From Chloroflexota bacterium (lineage in GTDB: Bacteria > Chloroflexota > Dehalococcoidia > Bin125): a stretch of 64,000 nucleotides of DNA. Positions 1 through 10,011 of the stretch are shown here, piece after piece. The DNA lies in NCBI GenBank assembly GCA_009838915.1, contig VXQT01000012.1:4671-68670 (forward strand), read 5' to 3'. Positions within the stretch are counted from its first letter, which is position 1, and each line of letters starts with the position of its first letter. Made by a program: the position numbers and the translations under genes. Below the pieces are notes generated by a model. That model worked only from the letters and a program-made list of their open reading frames with translations. It searched no databases and was not told the origin of the DNA.

Positions 1-1202
1 TAGCGTTCGAGCACCGCGTCGGCCGCCTCTCGTGCCGTGTAGTGCTGAGTCTCGACGTCGCCGTTGGCATAGGTGGACGCGAGGCCTGCGCATCGCTCCT
101 GCAAGCCGACGTTGTTGGCTTCATGAACAACGCAGAGAATCGTCCCCGCGACACCGATTTCATTGAATCGTTCTCCTGCGATTTCTCCGGCGCGTCGGTC
201 GTTGAGTCCGATGTGGAAGCTCGATCCGACCTGCCCTGCGGCCTCTGCGCCTGAGTTGAACGACAGCACGGGAATGCCCGAGGCTCTCGCTTCAGCAATC
301 GCGGGAGCGAGTTCGTCCGGTGATACCAGCGTTGTGGCGATCGAGACCGCGCCGTCTTCGACGCATTGTCGAATCGCATCTGCCTGTTCGGAGACATCGC
401 TGTAGGAAGCGGCGCGCAGGTTGATGCCCAGCGCCGCCGCGGCGAATGTTGCCGTCTCGGAGGCGAGACCCCAGAAGAAGTCTCGGCCGCCGTGGCTGAC
501 CACGCAGAACAGGTCATCGTCGCCTGGCAGTCGCGGATCAACCGGATCGAACCAGTAATGGATCCACGTCCAGGGAAGCTCGGGATTGTTCTCCAGGATG
601 TGGTCACGCGCCAGAACCGCGGTTTGCAGCGTTTGGTAGGAGGTCGCCATGACCTGCGAGACCTCTCCCGCCAGCAGGCGGCGCTCAAGCTCGTCGGCGA
701 TCGCGCTGTAGTCATCCGAAGTGATCACGTCGACGCCGGCCGGGAATGTCTCGCCGATCCCATCGCAGATCGCGCCCAGGACTGACTCGTTCGGGTCGAC
801 GAGGCAGAGCACGGGCGCGAGCGACGTGAGTTCATCGTCCTGGTGGAATCGCCGAACAAAGTAGGCGCCCCGTTGTCGTCCGGCCTCGGCCAACTGCACG
901 CGATACGCCTCGGTGATGCGCTCGGCTCGGGTCACAAGATCGAACGTGACCGGAGAGCTGTATCTCACCGTGCCCGACTCGGCGTTGGCAGCCAGGAACC
1001 GATAGTGCGGTCGCTGGGTTTCGTCCCACGCACCGTCGTCATCGCGCTGCTGCAACCCGATCTCCACGCGCCCGTCCTGATGACGCTCGACGGAGACTCT
1101 GACTTCAAGCTGCTGGGCTTCGCTTCCGTGAGTTGCCCAGATGGCTCCCAGAGCCGCCGCGCCAACAGACGCGCCTAACAGCAAGATCACCAGCGTTCGC
1201 AT
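1..1202 (-). CDS. membrane-anchored protein with tandem type-I periplasmic-binding-protein (sugar-binding-like) domains; 5'-complete, 3' end runs off the window
   Basis: The complement ATG at 1202 gives MRTLVILLLGASVGAAALGAIWATHGSEAQQLEVRVSVERHQDG, clearly paralogous to the N-terminus of the 1293..2840 product. The frame stays open to the window edge, because no minus-strand ORF ending at 1202 appears in the track. Reverse-frame shadows on the + strand match those of the paralog. Confidence 0.6.
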   Translation of the reverse strand, partial: MRTLVILLLGASVGAAALGAIWATHGSEAQQLEVRVSVERHQDGRVEIGLQQRDDDGAWDETQRPHYRFLAANAESGTVRYSSPVTFDLVTRAERITEAYRVQLAEAGRQRGAYFVRRFHQDDELTSLAPVLCLVDPNESVLGAICDGIGETFPAGVDVITSDDYSAIADELERRLLAGEVSQVMATSYQTLQTAVLARDHILENNPELPWTWIHYWFDPVDPRLPGDDDLFCVVSHGGRDFFWGLASETATFAAAALGINLRAASYSDVSEQADAIRQCVEDGAVSIATTLVSPDELAPAIAEARASGIPVLSFNSGAEAAGQVGSSFHIGLNDRRAGEIAGERFNEIGVAGTILCVVHEANNVGLQERCAGLASTYANGDVETQHYTAREAADAVLER

Positions 1203-1292
1203 CGTCTCACCCCAGCTTCTCGGCGCAGCTGTGTCGCGCACTCCATGGTGTGCGCGCCCCCGTCAGTTATGCGTCGGCGCGCACGTATGTCT

Positions 1293-2840
1293 CTAGTCGG
1301 CTTGAGGACTCTCCTGCCCCGTCGTCAAAGACTCAAGCAGCGTCTGCATCGTATCCGCGTCGACGATGGTCGGACGAATCAGCATTTGCATGCTGTTGAA
1401 GTAGGCCAGCGGATCGATTCGCAGCCGCTCGGCCACCAATGCACCGACGGCGGCCAGGTACGACTGAATCTCAGGATGATCGAAGATGGCGAACATCATC
1501 CGACCGTCGGCGACGTACTCGGCGATCGTGCGACTGAACCCGAACGTCGCACCGCGAACGTCAAGTCCTGATTGAAAGATTGCGCTGCGGACCTGGCCGC
1601 CGATTGACGACGAGAGCCCGAGCACCGCATTAACGTCGCCCTCGCGGAGACGCTCGTGCAGTTCGGATATGGTCGCCTCTCGGTCGATCATCGTCCAGCG
1701 CTCCACGCTACCGGCATAGGCTGCCTCGAGGCCGTTGCAGCGGTCCTGCAGACCCTGGTTCTCCGGCTCGTGGATGACGCAGAGCACGAGACCCTCGACG
1801 CCGAGCCTGTTGAACTCGTTGCCCGCCACTCGGCCGGCTTCGTGGTCGTCCAGCGAGATGTGCAGCACCGTGCCTACTTCCGACGCATCTTCCGCGCCCG
1901 AGTTGAAGGAGATCACAGGAATCCCGGCGGCGATCGCATCCTGCACGGCCGGCTTCAGCGCCTCGGGTTCGGAGAGCGTGGTCGCAATGGCGACCGCGCC
2001 GTCCGCCGCGCAGCGTCGTACGGCGTCGGCCTGTTCGGCACCTGACAGATGCACTTCGCTGCGCAGGTTGATGCCGAGCATGCCTGCAGCGGCGACAGAT
2101 GTCTCGCCTGAGAGATCCCAGAACAGATCCTCGTCGCTGCCGTGGCTGATCACGCAGTAGAGCTGGTCGGGCGAGGGAAGGTGCGGATCAAGCAGTTCAA
2201 TCCAGTAGGTCCAGCGAATGAAGCGGCGCGTGGCCTCACGAGCCTCGTCGACGATGTTCGCCGTCGGCACGCTGGTCGCGAACGCCCCTCGAATCTCGCG
2301 ATCCTCAGCCAGTCGAGCCTCCAGATCGAGCCGGAAGGCCTCGTAGTCTGAAACCGTAAGTCGTTCGACCGGCCCGCTATAGACCGCTTGGAAGCCGTCG
2401 CAAAGCCGTTCGATGCCGCGGTTGTTCAGGTCGACGATGCAGAGCATCTTCGGCGCGTCCTCGCTGCTGCCGAATCGCTCGTGGAACCGCTCCGCGATCT
2501 CACCACCTGATGTGAAGAGGAAGTCGGCGTAGTTCCGCGCGACGTCTTCGTATCGGCTGTCAGTGTCGACAATGATGTCCGAGCTGAACAGCGGGCGATT
2601 GGTCGGGGCGTCGGGCGGCAGGAATCGGCGCGCGGGTCTCAGGGTGTCGCCCCACTCGCCTTCGGCGTCGCGCTGCTGTAGTCCGGCTTCCACTCGTCCG
2701 TCATTCAGCCGCTCGAGCACGATGCGAACGTCGATTGCGCCATCCGGATCGTCGCTCGAGTCGGCGGCGTTCACCCACACTGCCGCCAACGCGCCGGCGC
2801 CGATTGCGATTCCCATTGCGAGCCAGACGAGTTGGCGCAT
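1293..2840 (-). CDS. membrane-anchored protein with tandem PBP-type (LacI/ribose-binding-like) domains
   Basis: 515 aa with an N-terminal hydrophobic anchor. Two internally repeated segments (…AGIPVISFNSGAED…) are typical of type-I periplasmic binding folds. It is a tandem paralog of the upstream gene. Confidence 0.7.
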   Translation of the reverse strand: MRQLVWLAMGIAIGAGALAAVWVNAADSSDDPDGAIDVRIVLERLNDGRVEAGLQQRDAEGEWGDTLRPARRFLPPDAPTNRPLFSSDIIVDTDSRYEDVARNYADFLFTSGGEIAERFHERFGSSEDAPKMLCIVDLNNRGIERLCDGFQAVYSGPVERLTVSDYEAFRLDLEARLAEDREIRGAFATSVPTANIVDEAREATRRFIRWTYWIELLDPHLPSPDQLYCVISHGSDEDLFWDLSGETSVAAAGMLGINLRSEVHLSGAEQADAVRRCAADGAVAIATTLSEPEALKPAVQDAIAAGIPVISFNSGAEDASEVGTVLHISLDDHEAGRVAGNEFNRLGVEGLVLCVIHEPENQGLQDRCNGLEAAYAGSVERWTMIDREATISELHERLREGDVNAVLGLSSSIGGQVRSAIFQSGLDVRGATFGFSRTIAEYVADGRMMFAIFDHPEIQSYLAAVGALVAERLRIDPLAYFNSMQMLIRPTIVDADTMQTLLESLTTGQESPQAD

Positions 2841-3043
2841 TGGTCGATCCCTTCGTCACGTGCAGTTGCTCAATGCAACCGCAGCGTAAGCGGCGCGATG
2901 GGCATGGAGTTCGAGTTCGACGGCTGCGGCGGGGGGACTTTGGCCCCGCGCTTCTGAACGGCGCGAGCGCCTATCCTGCCGACGGCGGACATGCCAGGTA
3001 TGTTCGTCGCGATGCGACGATGCACGATTGAGAGGCGGTTGCC

Positions 3044-3850
3044 ATGGTTGGAGCGCTTGAGGGTCAAGCGGCATTGATCACCGGCGGGGCGAGCGGCATC
3101 GGCGCGGCCTGCGCGATTCGCTTTGCCGAGGAAGGCGCCGACGTGCTGTTGGCCGATCTGTTGCCGGATCGCGCGGCTGACACGGTCGCCGCGGTCGAGG
3201 CGCTCGGACGCCGCGCTGTCGTGGTCCAGTGCGACACCTCGACCGAGGCCGCCAACGACTTGGCGGCGCAAGCCTGCGTCGATGAGCTCGGGCGGCTCGA
3301 TGTAGTGGTCGCCGCGGCGGGCATCTCCAGCGCGGAGTACGTCTCCGGCGAGACCACCGACATCGGCGACGACCGCACAGCGTCGTTCATTACCAATCAG
3401 AATGTCGAGCACTGGGAGAAGGTCCTGGCCGTCAACCTGACCGGTGTGATGATGACCGACCGCTCCTGCGCGCGCAAGATGATCGAGCTCGGCAATGGCG
3501 GGTCGATCATCAACATCGCCTCGATCATGGCCAAGTTCCCGCAGCCCGGCGCGGGAAACTACTGCGTCTCCAAGGCGGGCGTCTGGATGCTGACCAAAGT
3601 GCTCGCTCAGGAACTGGTGCAGGACGGCATTCGGGTCAACGCGATCGGTCCGGGATTCATCGAGACGCCGATGACGGCGGCCATCTCCGGCAACGAAGAA
3701 CTCAACCAGTGGGTGCTCAGCCTGACTCCGATGCGGCGCTTCGGTCAGCCGGAGGAGATTGCCAAGGTGGCGCTGTTCCTGGCCTCGGACGAAGCCTCGT
3801 ACGTCACCGGCGAGATCATCCATCCCGACGGCGGCTGGTTCACCGAGTAG
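3044..3850 (+). CDS. SDR family NAD(P)-dependent oxidoreductase
   Basis: TGGASGIG Rossmann motif, catalytic YxxxK (YCVSKAG) and an NAG-like region; 268 aa. Confidence 0.9.
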   Translation: MVGALEGQAALITGGASGIGAACAIRFAEEGADVLLADLLPDRAADTVAAVEALGRRAVVVQCDTSTEAANDLAAQACVDELGRLDVVVAAAGISSAEYVSGETTDIGDDRTASFITNQNVEHWEKVLAVNLTGVMMTDRSCARKMIELGNGGSIINIASIMAKFPQPGAGNYCVSKAGVWMLTKVLAQELVQDGIRVNAIGPGFIETPMTAAISGNEELNQWVLSLTPMRRFGQPEEIAKVALFLASDEASYVTGEIIHPDGGWFTE

Positions 3851-3860
3851 GTCGATTGAC

Positions 3861-3907
3861 CCTCTCCCCCCGCGGAGCGGGGGGAGATGCCGAAGGCAGA
3901 GGGGGGC
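3861..3907 (+). repeat. REP-like palindromic repeat, family A, forward orientation
   Basis: ctccccccgcggagcggggggag hairpin followed by atgccgaaggcagagggggg. It lies between the SDR stop codon and the M20 gene start. Confidence 0.85.
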
Positions 3908-3944
3908 ATTCGCCGCTCACGCACACCCGAAGAAGGAGGCCAAC

Positions 3945-5126
3945 ATGTCGCTCCATGAGATTGCTTCGCAGACGATTGACGCGGCATCGGAGTCGTTGCG
4001 GGCTCTGAGTCTCGACATCCATGCGCACCCCGAGGAGAACTACGAGGAAGTGCACGCACATGCGGCATTGACTTCCTGGCTCACGGACGCTGGATTCGAG
4101 GTGACTCGATCGGCATACGGCATGGAGACGGCGTTCGAGGCCACGCGCGGTTCCGGCGGCCCGACAATAGCGGTGCTGTCGGAGTACGATGCGCTGCCCG
4201 GCATCGGCCACGCTTGCGGCCACAATCTGATTGCCATCTCCGGCATCGGCGCCGGCCTGGCGGTTGCAGAGGCGGTCGAGCGGGAGGGCGTCGAGGGCAC
4301 GATCAAGGTGCTGGGATCGCCGGCGGAAGAGGGCGGCGGAGGCAAGATCCGGCTGATCGACGAAGGAGCGTTCGACGATGTCGGGGCGGCGATGATGATC
4401 CATCCCGGCACCGGCAACATCATCTATCCCTTCGTGCTGGCGATCGATACCTGTTTCGTCGAGTTCCGGGGCAAAAACGCGCACGCCGCCGGCGCACCCT
4501 GGGAGGGACGCAACGCGCTCGACGCCCTGGTGCTGGCCTACCAGGCGATCGGACTGCTGCGCCAGCAGGCGCATCCGACCGTGCGCATCCACGGCAAGAT
4601 TCACCACGGCGGCGAGAAACCGAACATCATCCCCGACTACGCCCAGGCCGAGTTCTACGTGCGCGCGCCGTACGAGAGCCGGCTGAACGAGATGATCTCG
4701 CGGGTCGAGGACTGCTTCGCCGGCGCCGCGCAGGCGACCGGCTGCGACTGGTCGGTCGACTGGCAGGCGGGCGAGCGCTACAGCAACATGGCCAACAACG
4801 AACCCTTGGCCGAGACATATGGTCAGCGCTGGCACGACCTGGGCGTCACTGCCGCCGACCTCGATGGCAGCATCCAGGGCAGCTTCGGCTCGACCGACAT
4901 GGGCAACGTCTCGCACGTAGTGCCGTCGATCCATCCGATGTACTTCATCCCGCATGAGAGCGGCAACCACACGCCCCAATTCACGACCGCAGCGGCGACC
5001 GACGACGGTCACCGGCTCACGCTCACCGCGACCAAGGCAATGGCCCACGCGGCGCTGGACTGGCTGACCGATCCCGACCTACGCGATCGGGCACAGGCAG
5101 ACTTCGAAGCAACCCACGGAAACTGA
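3945..5126 (+). CDS. M20 family metallopeptidase/amidohydrolase (M20D aminoacylase/AbgB-like)
   Basis: HACGHNLI and GSPAEEGGGGK motifs. RBS gaaggagg sits 6 nt upstream of ATG 3945. The longer ORF start at 3759 is a repeat-derived artefact. Confidence 0.85.
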   Translation: MSLHEIASQTIDAASESLRALSLDIHAHPEENYEEVHAHAALTSWLTDAGFEVTRSAYGMETAFEATRGSGGPTIAVLSEYDALPGIGHACGHNLIAISGIGAGLAVAEAVEREGVEGTIKVLGSPAEEGGGGKIRLIDEGAFDDVGAAMMIHPGTGNIIYPFVLAIDTCFVEFRGKNAHAAGAPWEGRNALDALVLAYQAIGLLRQQAHPTVRIHGKIHHGGEKPNIIPDYAQAEFYVRAPYESRLNEMISRVEDCFAGAAQATGCDWSVDWQAGERYSNMANNEPLAETYGQRWHDLGVTAADLDGSIQGSFGSTDMGNVSHVVPSIHPMYFIPHESGNHTPQFTTAAATDDGHRLTLTATKAMAHAALDWLTDPDLRDRAQADFEATHGN

Positions 5127-5137
5127 GGACAGCCATC

Positions 5138-5764
5138 ATGTTGGACCACATCGTGCTCGCCACGCCTGACGTGCAGGCGACCGTTGACGAGATCGCAGCA
5201 GCGACCGGCGTGCGTGCCGCGGTTGGCGGTCGGTTCACCGAGATGGGCGCCTACAACCACCTGCTCGCGCTGCAGGACGGCGCCTACCTGGAGATCATCG
5301 GGCCTGACCCTGAGAACGAGAGCGGCGGCTCGATGCCATTCGGCCTGGACCCGGAGTCGGGGCAAGGCGCCCACATTCCCCACTGGTGCTGGAAGGGCAA
5401 CGAGCGGATCGACGAGCTCGCCGCCGCAATCAAGGACGCCGGCTACGACCTGGGTCCGGTCGTCCCGCTGGGCCGCGACCTGCCCGATGGCGGCCGTCTC
5501 GACTGGCGGCTGACGATCGGCGAGTGGCCGCCGCACCTCGGCGGGCTGATTCCCTTTCTGATCGACTGGGGCGACGCAACCCATCCCTCCACCACGGCGG
5601 TTCAGGGCGTCACACTCGCGTCGTGGCACGGCGAGCATCCCGACCTCGACACGGTGCGCGCCGCGCATGAGGTGATGAGCATCGAGATCGAACTGCGAGA
5701 AGCGAGCTCGCCTGCCCTCGTGGCCACCTTCCAGGGCCCCGACGGCTCTATCAGCTATCGCTAA
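5138..5764 (+). CDS. VOC/glyoxalase-like domain protein
   Basis: 208 aa, beginning MLDHIVLATPDVQA…YLEIIGPDP; tandem paralog of the next gene. Confidence 0.7.
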   Translation: MLDHIVLATPDVQATVDEIAAATGVRAAVGGRFTEMGAYNHLLALQDGAYLEIIGPDPENESGGSMPFGLDPESGQGAHIPHWCWKGNERIDELAAAIKDAGYDLGPVVPLGRDLPDGGRLDWRLTIGEWPPHLGGLIPFLIDWGDATHPSTTAVQGVTLASWHGEHPDLDTVRAAHEVMSIEIELREASSPALVATFQGPDGSISYR

Positions 5765-5784
5765 CAGGCCCGAGGAGCGCCGAC

Positions 5785-6414
5785 ATGCTCGATCACATTG
5801 TGCTCGCGACGCCCGATGTCCAGGCCTCGGTCGCCGAGATCGAGGCGGCGATCGGCCTGCGGCCCGAACTCGGCGGGCACTTTCCCGGGCGCGGCGTCTA
5901 CAACCACCTGCTGGCGCTGCGGGACGACGCCTACCTGGAGATCATTGGTCCCGATCCGGCGCAACCGAATCTGGAAGGGCCGCTGCCCTTCGGCATGGAC
6001 GACTTCGGCGAGCGCGGCGCACACGTGCCGCACTGGTGCTGCAAGGCCGGGGCGCAGATCGAAGAACGGGTCGCCTCGGCAAAGGCGGCCGGCTACGACA
6101 TCGGCGAAGTGCGACCCCTGGGCCGCCAACTGCCCGACGGGACACGGCTCGACTGGCGCCTGACCCGCACTGTCTGGCCGCCGCTATTGGGCGGACTGGT
6201 CCCGTTCCTGATCGACTGGGGCGACGCGCGTCATCCGTCCACCACCGCCGTCAAGGGCGCAAGACTGGTCTCGTGGCACGGCGAACATCCCGACCTCGCC
6301 GCTGTGCGTCGCGCGCACAATGCGTTGGGAGTTGAGCTTGAGCTGCGCGAAGGTCCCCAACCGGCGCTGGTCGCCGTGATCGAGGGGCCGGGCGGATCGA
6401 TTACGTTGCGCTAA
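5785..6414 (+). CDS. VOC/glyoxalase-like domain protein (tandem paralog)
   Basis: 209 aa, beginning MLDHIVLATPDVQASV…; about 60% identical to the preceding ORF. Confidence 0.7.
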   Translation: MLDHIVLATPDVQASVAEIEAAIGLRPELGGHFPGRGVYNHLLALRDDAYLEIIGPDPAQPNLEGPLPFGMDDFGERGAHVPHWCCKAGAQIEERVASAKAAGYDIGEVRPLGRQLPDGTRLDWRLTRTVWPPLLGGLVPFLIDWGDARHPSTTAVKGARLVSWHGEHPDLAAVRRAHNALGVELELREGPQPALVAVIEGPGGSITLR

Positions 6415-6437
6415 CGCACGCCAGGAAGGACTGAACG

Positions 6438-7496
6438 ATGAAACTCGGACTCTCGCTGGGCTACTCCGGCGCGAACATGACGCTGCCCGTGGACCTGGTT
6501 CGCCGAGCTGAGGAGTTGGGCTACGACTCGGTCTGGACGGCTGAGGCGTACGGCTCGGACGCCTTCTCGCCGCTGGCCTACCTGGCGGCGGTGACCGAGA
6601 AGATCCGGCTGGGCACGGGCGTGATCCAGCTCGCCGGGCGGACAGCCGCCAACGCGGCGATGACGGCCGCGACGATCGACGCGCTGGCCGGCGGCGACCG
6701 GGTGATCCTCGGCATCGGCGTCTCGGGACCGCAGATCGTCGAGGGCTGGTACGGCGAGCCCTGGGGCAAGCCCAACACGCGAATCCGCGACTACGTGGCG
6801 ATCATCCGCAAGATCCTCGCGCGCGAGGAGCCGGTCACGCATGACGGCAAGGAGATTTCGCTGCCCTACGTGGGACCGGGCAGCGCCGGTCTGGCCAAGC
6901 CGCTCAGGTCGATCCTGCACATGAATCCCAACATCCCGATCTGGCTGGGCACAGGCACCGAGATGAACGTGCGCATGACCGGCGAGGTCGCCGACGGCTG
7001 GCTGCCGCTGGGCCTGACGCCGTACAACGCCGACGTCTTCTCCCCGTGGGTCGAGGAGGGCTTCAAGCGCGCCGAGGCCAGGAGCGGTTCGCCCAAGTGG
7101 TGGCCCGACTTTGAAGTGCAGTCCTCGGCCGAGGTCGAGATCACGGACGACCTGCGCGACGCATTCCGCAAGATGAAGCCGCGCGTGGCGCTCTACGTCG
7201 GTGGGATGGGACACCGCACGCTCAACTTCCACAAGATGAGCATGGTTCGCCGCGGCTACGGCGACGCGGCCGAACGCATCCAGGAGCTGTACCTGGAAGG
7301 CCGCAAAGCCGAGGCGATAGAGGAAGTGCCGGAGGAGTTCCTCGACGAGCAGGCGCTGCTCGGTCCGCCCGCCCGAATCAAGGAGCGTTACCAGGTCTGG
7401 GCCGACAGCTACATCACCGGCCTCACCGTCCGCACGGACCAGCCCGAGGCAATGGAGCTGATGGCGGAGCTGGCCCGAGAATCATCCGGGGCGTAA
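6438..7496 (+). CDS. LLM-class (luciferase-like) F420/flavin-dependent oxidoreductase
   Basis: MKLGLSLGY…SVWTAEAYGSDAFSPLAYLAA… has the typical TIM-barrel LLM N-terminus; 352 aa. Confidence 0.85.
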   Translation: MKLGLSLGYSGANMTLPVDLVRRAEELGYDSVWTAEAYGSDAFSPLAYLAAVTEKIRLGTGVIQLAGRTAANAAMTAATIDALAGGDRVILGIGVSGPQIVEGWYGEPWGKPNTRIRDYVAIIRKILAREEPVTHDGKEISLPYVGPGSAGLAKPLRSILHMNPNIPIWLGTGTEMNVRMTGEVADGWLPLGLTPYNADVFSPWVEEGFKRAEARSGSPKWWPDFEVQSSAEVEITDDLRDAFRKMKPRVALYVGGMGHRTLNFHKMSMVRRGYGDAAERIQELYLEGRKAEAIEEVPEEFLDEQALLGPPARIKERYQVWADSYITGLTVRTDQPEAMELMAELARESSGA

Positions 7497-7551
7497 CGCC
7501 TGACTGAACAGAATGCCAGCGGCAAGACGCCGCCGTTGAGAGGATTCATCC

Positions 7552-7929
7552 ATGTCCGACGCAGCTTCAATCGTCAACGCCTTCATGGCCGAGTTTGACG
7601 CCGAACATCCCGACGCCGACAAGTTGGCCTCGTACTTCACCGACGACGCGGTCTACCACAACATGCCAATGGCGCCGGCCGAGGGCATCGAGGCGGTCAA
7701 GGCGGCGCTGACCGGCGTCTCGCAGATGACCTCGAAGGGCTGGGAAGTGGTCCACCAGGCGGTCAACGGCAATGTCGTCCTGAACGAGCGGATCGACCGC
7801 TTCGAGATGGGCGGTAACGCCGTTGACGTGCTCGTCTGCGGCGTCTTCGAGATCCGCGACGGCAAGATCGCCCGCTGGCGCGACTACTTCGACATGGCTT
7901 CGTTCCAGAAGCAGATGCCCGGCGGGTAA
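7552..7929 (+). CDS. SnoaL/NTF2-like protein, limonene-1,2-epoxide-hydrolase family
   Basis: 125 aa; motif FTDDAVYHNMP…; the size and pattern fit the LEH/SnoaL fold. Confidence 0.65.
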   Translation: MSDAASIVNAFMAEFDAEHPDADKLASYFTDDAVYHNMPMAPAEGIEAVKAALTGVSQMTSKGWEVVHQAVNGNVVLNERIDRFEMGGNAVDVLVCGVFEIRDGKIARWRDYFDMASFQKQMPGG

Positions 7930-7936
7930 GTCCGTC

Positions 7937-8869
7937 CTAGTCCATCCCGAAGGCGGCGCGCAGTTCGGCGGCGATCTGGTCGAGCGCCTGGTTGCCTTCC
8001 GGGACGGCGGCGAAGGCGCTGACGAAGCCGTGGATCACGCCGTCGTATCGGGTACAGCTCGACTGAGTGCCGGCGGCGGCGAGTGCGGCGGCGTAGGCCT
8101 CACCCTCGTCGCGCAGCGAGTCATACTCGGCCGTGATCGTCAGGGAGCGCGGCAGGTTGGACAGGTCGCCGGCTTGCAGCGGTGACGCGTATGGCTGCGA
8201 ACCCTCAGAGTCGTCGTTCAGGTAGAGGTCCCAGAACCAGCGCATGCCGGCCTCGGAGAGACCGTACTCGCCGCCGCCGTTGACCTTGTACGACTCGGTC
8301 TCGAAGCTGAAGTCGGTGACCGGGTAGATCAGCACCTGCGCGTCGATCCGCGGTCCGCCGCGGTCGCGAGCCATCTGCGAGACCACGGCGGCAAGATTGC
8401 CGCCGGCCGAGTCGCCGGCGACCGCGATGCGGTCCGAGCGGCCACCTTGCTGGTCGTACATGCTGTTGATCCAGCAGACGGCGGCGTAGGCGTCCTCGAC
8501 CGCGGCCGGGTACTTCGCTTCGGGCGCAAGCCGGTAGTCGACCGACAGCACGCTCATGCCGGCCCGGTTGCAGAGCGCGCGCGCGACGGCGTCGTGCGAA
8601 TCGAGGTCGCCGATCACCCAACCGCCGCCGTGGTAGTAGACAATCGTCGGCAGACCGCTGGGATCGTCGGTCGGCAGGTAGCCGCGCGCGGGGATGTCTC
8701 CGGCCGGTCCGGGCACGATCATTTCGTGCACCTGGGCGACGGGCTCGGGTTCCGTCTGCGGGCGCAGGGCGGCCATCGCCTCGCGCGCCTCCTGCGGCGA
8801 CATCTCGTTGAACGCCGGCGCGCCGGCGCGCATGTCGAGGATGGCCTGGGTTTCGGCGGTGACGGGCAT
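7937..8869 (-). CDS. alpha/beta hydrolase, HSL-family esterase/lipase
   Basis: HGGGW oxyanion motif, GDSAGG nucleophile elbow and a C-terminal DxxxDEG…H. The real start is probably MPVTAET at 8869 with a gaaggaa RBS; the upstream MPKAEGGS stretch comes from the repeat. Confidence 0.85.
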   Translation of the reverse strand: MPVTAETQAILDMRAGAPAFNEMSPQEAREAMAALRPQTEPEPVAQVHEMIVPGPAGDIPARGYLPTDDPSGLPTIVYYHGGGWVIGDLDSHDAVARALCNRAGMSVLSVDYRLAPEAKYPAAVEDAYAAVCWINSMYDQQGGRSDRIAVAGDSAGGNLAAVVSQMARDRGGPRIDAQVLIYPVTDFSFETESYKVNGGGEYGLSEAGMRWFWDLYLNDDSEGSQPYASPLQAGDLSNLPRSLTITAEYDSLRDEGEAYAAALAAAGTQSSCTRYDGVIHGFVSAFAAVPEGNQALDQIAAELRAAFGMD

Positions 8870-8887
8870 TCTTCGTTCCTTCTCGAT

Positions 8888-8989
8888 GACTGGAGGCGAG
8901 CCCCCCTCTGCCTTCGGCATCTCCCCCCGCGGAGCGGGGGGAGAGGGGAGTCCGAGCGGGTCCCCGCGTGAAGCGGGGACCGGGAGCTC
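8888..8989 (-). repeat. REP-like repeat, family A, reverse orientation, plus a second hairpin
   Basis: gcccccctctgccttcggcatctccccccgcggagcggggggag followed by the gggtccccgc-gtgaa-gcggggacc hairpin. Confidence 0.85.
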
Positions 8990-8992
8990 TCG

Positions 8993-9919
8993 TCAGATCC
9001 GCGCGTTGATGAACGCGGCGGCTTCCTTGAGGCATTCGACGCCGGTGGGGATGACGGCGAACATCATGAACGGGTCGTGGACGACACCGTCGTAGCGATG
9101 CACGCTGACCTCGGTGCCGGCCGCCTCGAGCGCGGCGCCATAGGCCTCGCCCTCGTCGCGCAGCGGGTCGTACTCGGCGGTCTGGACCAGGGCCGGCGGC
9201 AGACCGGAGAGATCTGCGGCCTTGATCGGCGAGGCGTAGGCCTCCTGGCCGTCGGCGTCGCTGTTCAGGTAATGGTCCCAGAACCAGACCATCGACGCCC
9301 TGGTCAGCAGCATGCCCTCGGCGTTCTCGGTGTAGGACGGATAGCTGTAGTTGTGGTCGGTGACCGGGACGTGCAGCACCTGTGCCGCGATCGCCGGGCC
9401 GCCGCGGTCGCGGGCCATCTGCGAGACCACGGCGGAGAGGTTGCCGCCGGCGGAGTCGCCGCACACGGCAACACGGGAACCGTCGCCGCCGATCTCAGGG
9501 GCGTTCTCGGCGATCCACCTGGTCGCCGCGTAGCAGTCTTCGGCGGCTGCCGGGTACTTGTCCTCGGGCGCCAGTCGGTAGTGGACGGAGACGACCACGG
9601 CCTCGCCCAGCTCGGCCAGGAGCTGCTTGCAGGTACCGTCGTGCGAGTCGATATCGCCCAGCACCCAGCCGCCGCCGTGGAAGTACATCACGACCGGCAG
9701 ATTGTCGCCCGCTGAGGCATAGACGCGGACGGGGATGTCGCCGGCGGGACCGGGCACGTTGCGATCCTCGACCCGAGCAGGCTCGGGCGCGCCGGCCTGC
9801 ATCGCGGCGAAGTTGGCGATGGCCGCGCGCGCCTCCTCCGGCGTCTGCTCGGAGATATCGGGGCCCCCGGCTTCCTCCAGCATGGCGAGCAGTCCCTGGG
9901 TCTCTGGGGTTGGCGGCAT
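8993..9919 (-). CDS. alpha/beta hydrolase, HSL-family esterase (tandem paralog)
   Basis: HGGGWVLG and GDSAGGN motifs; 308 aa. Confidence 0.85.
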   Translation of the reverse strand: MPPTPETQGLLAMLEEAGGPDISEQTPEEARAAIANFAAMQAGAPEPARVEDRNVPGPAGDIPVRVYASAGDNLPVVMYFHGGGWVLGDIDSHDGTCKQLLAELGEAVVVSVHYRLAPEDKYPAAAEDCYAATRWIAENAPEIGGDGSRVAVCGDSAGGNLSAVVSQMARDRGGPAIAAQVLHVPVTDHNYSYPSYTENAEGMLLTRASMVWFWDHYLNSDADGQEAYASPIKAADLSGLPPALVQTAEYDPLRDEGEAYGAALEAAGTEVSVHRYDGVVHDPFMMFAVIPTGVECLKEAAAFINARI

Positions 9920-10011
9920 GATTCACTCCTTTGTTGGTGTCGGTTGTGCGCCTGCACTGGGCAAGGCGGCGAGACTCGGACAGGATACCGCTGAGCCAAC
10001 GCGCGGGACCG

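Noticed and set aside
3759-3944. N-terminal extensions that begin within REP elements (MPRWRCS… here; MPKAEGGS… at 8920, 49273, 62888; PSAFGISP… stretches)
   Set aside because: The sequence is identical at every repeat copy regardless of the downstream gene. Real starts with RBSs lie downstream.
8205-9464. 419-aa minus-strand ORF spanning both esterase genes and the repeat
   Set aside because: It lies out of frame within two well-supported HSL esterase genes. Its Arg/Gly/Pro-rich composition is typical of GC-frame artefacts, and it has no motifs.
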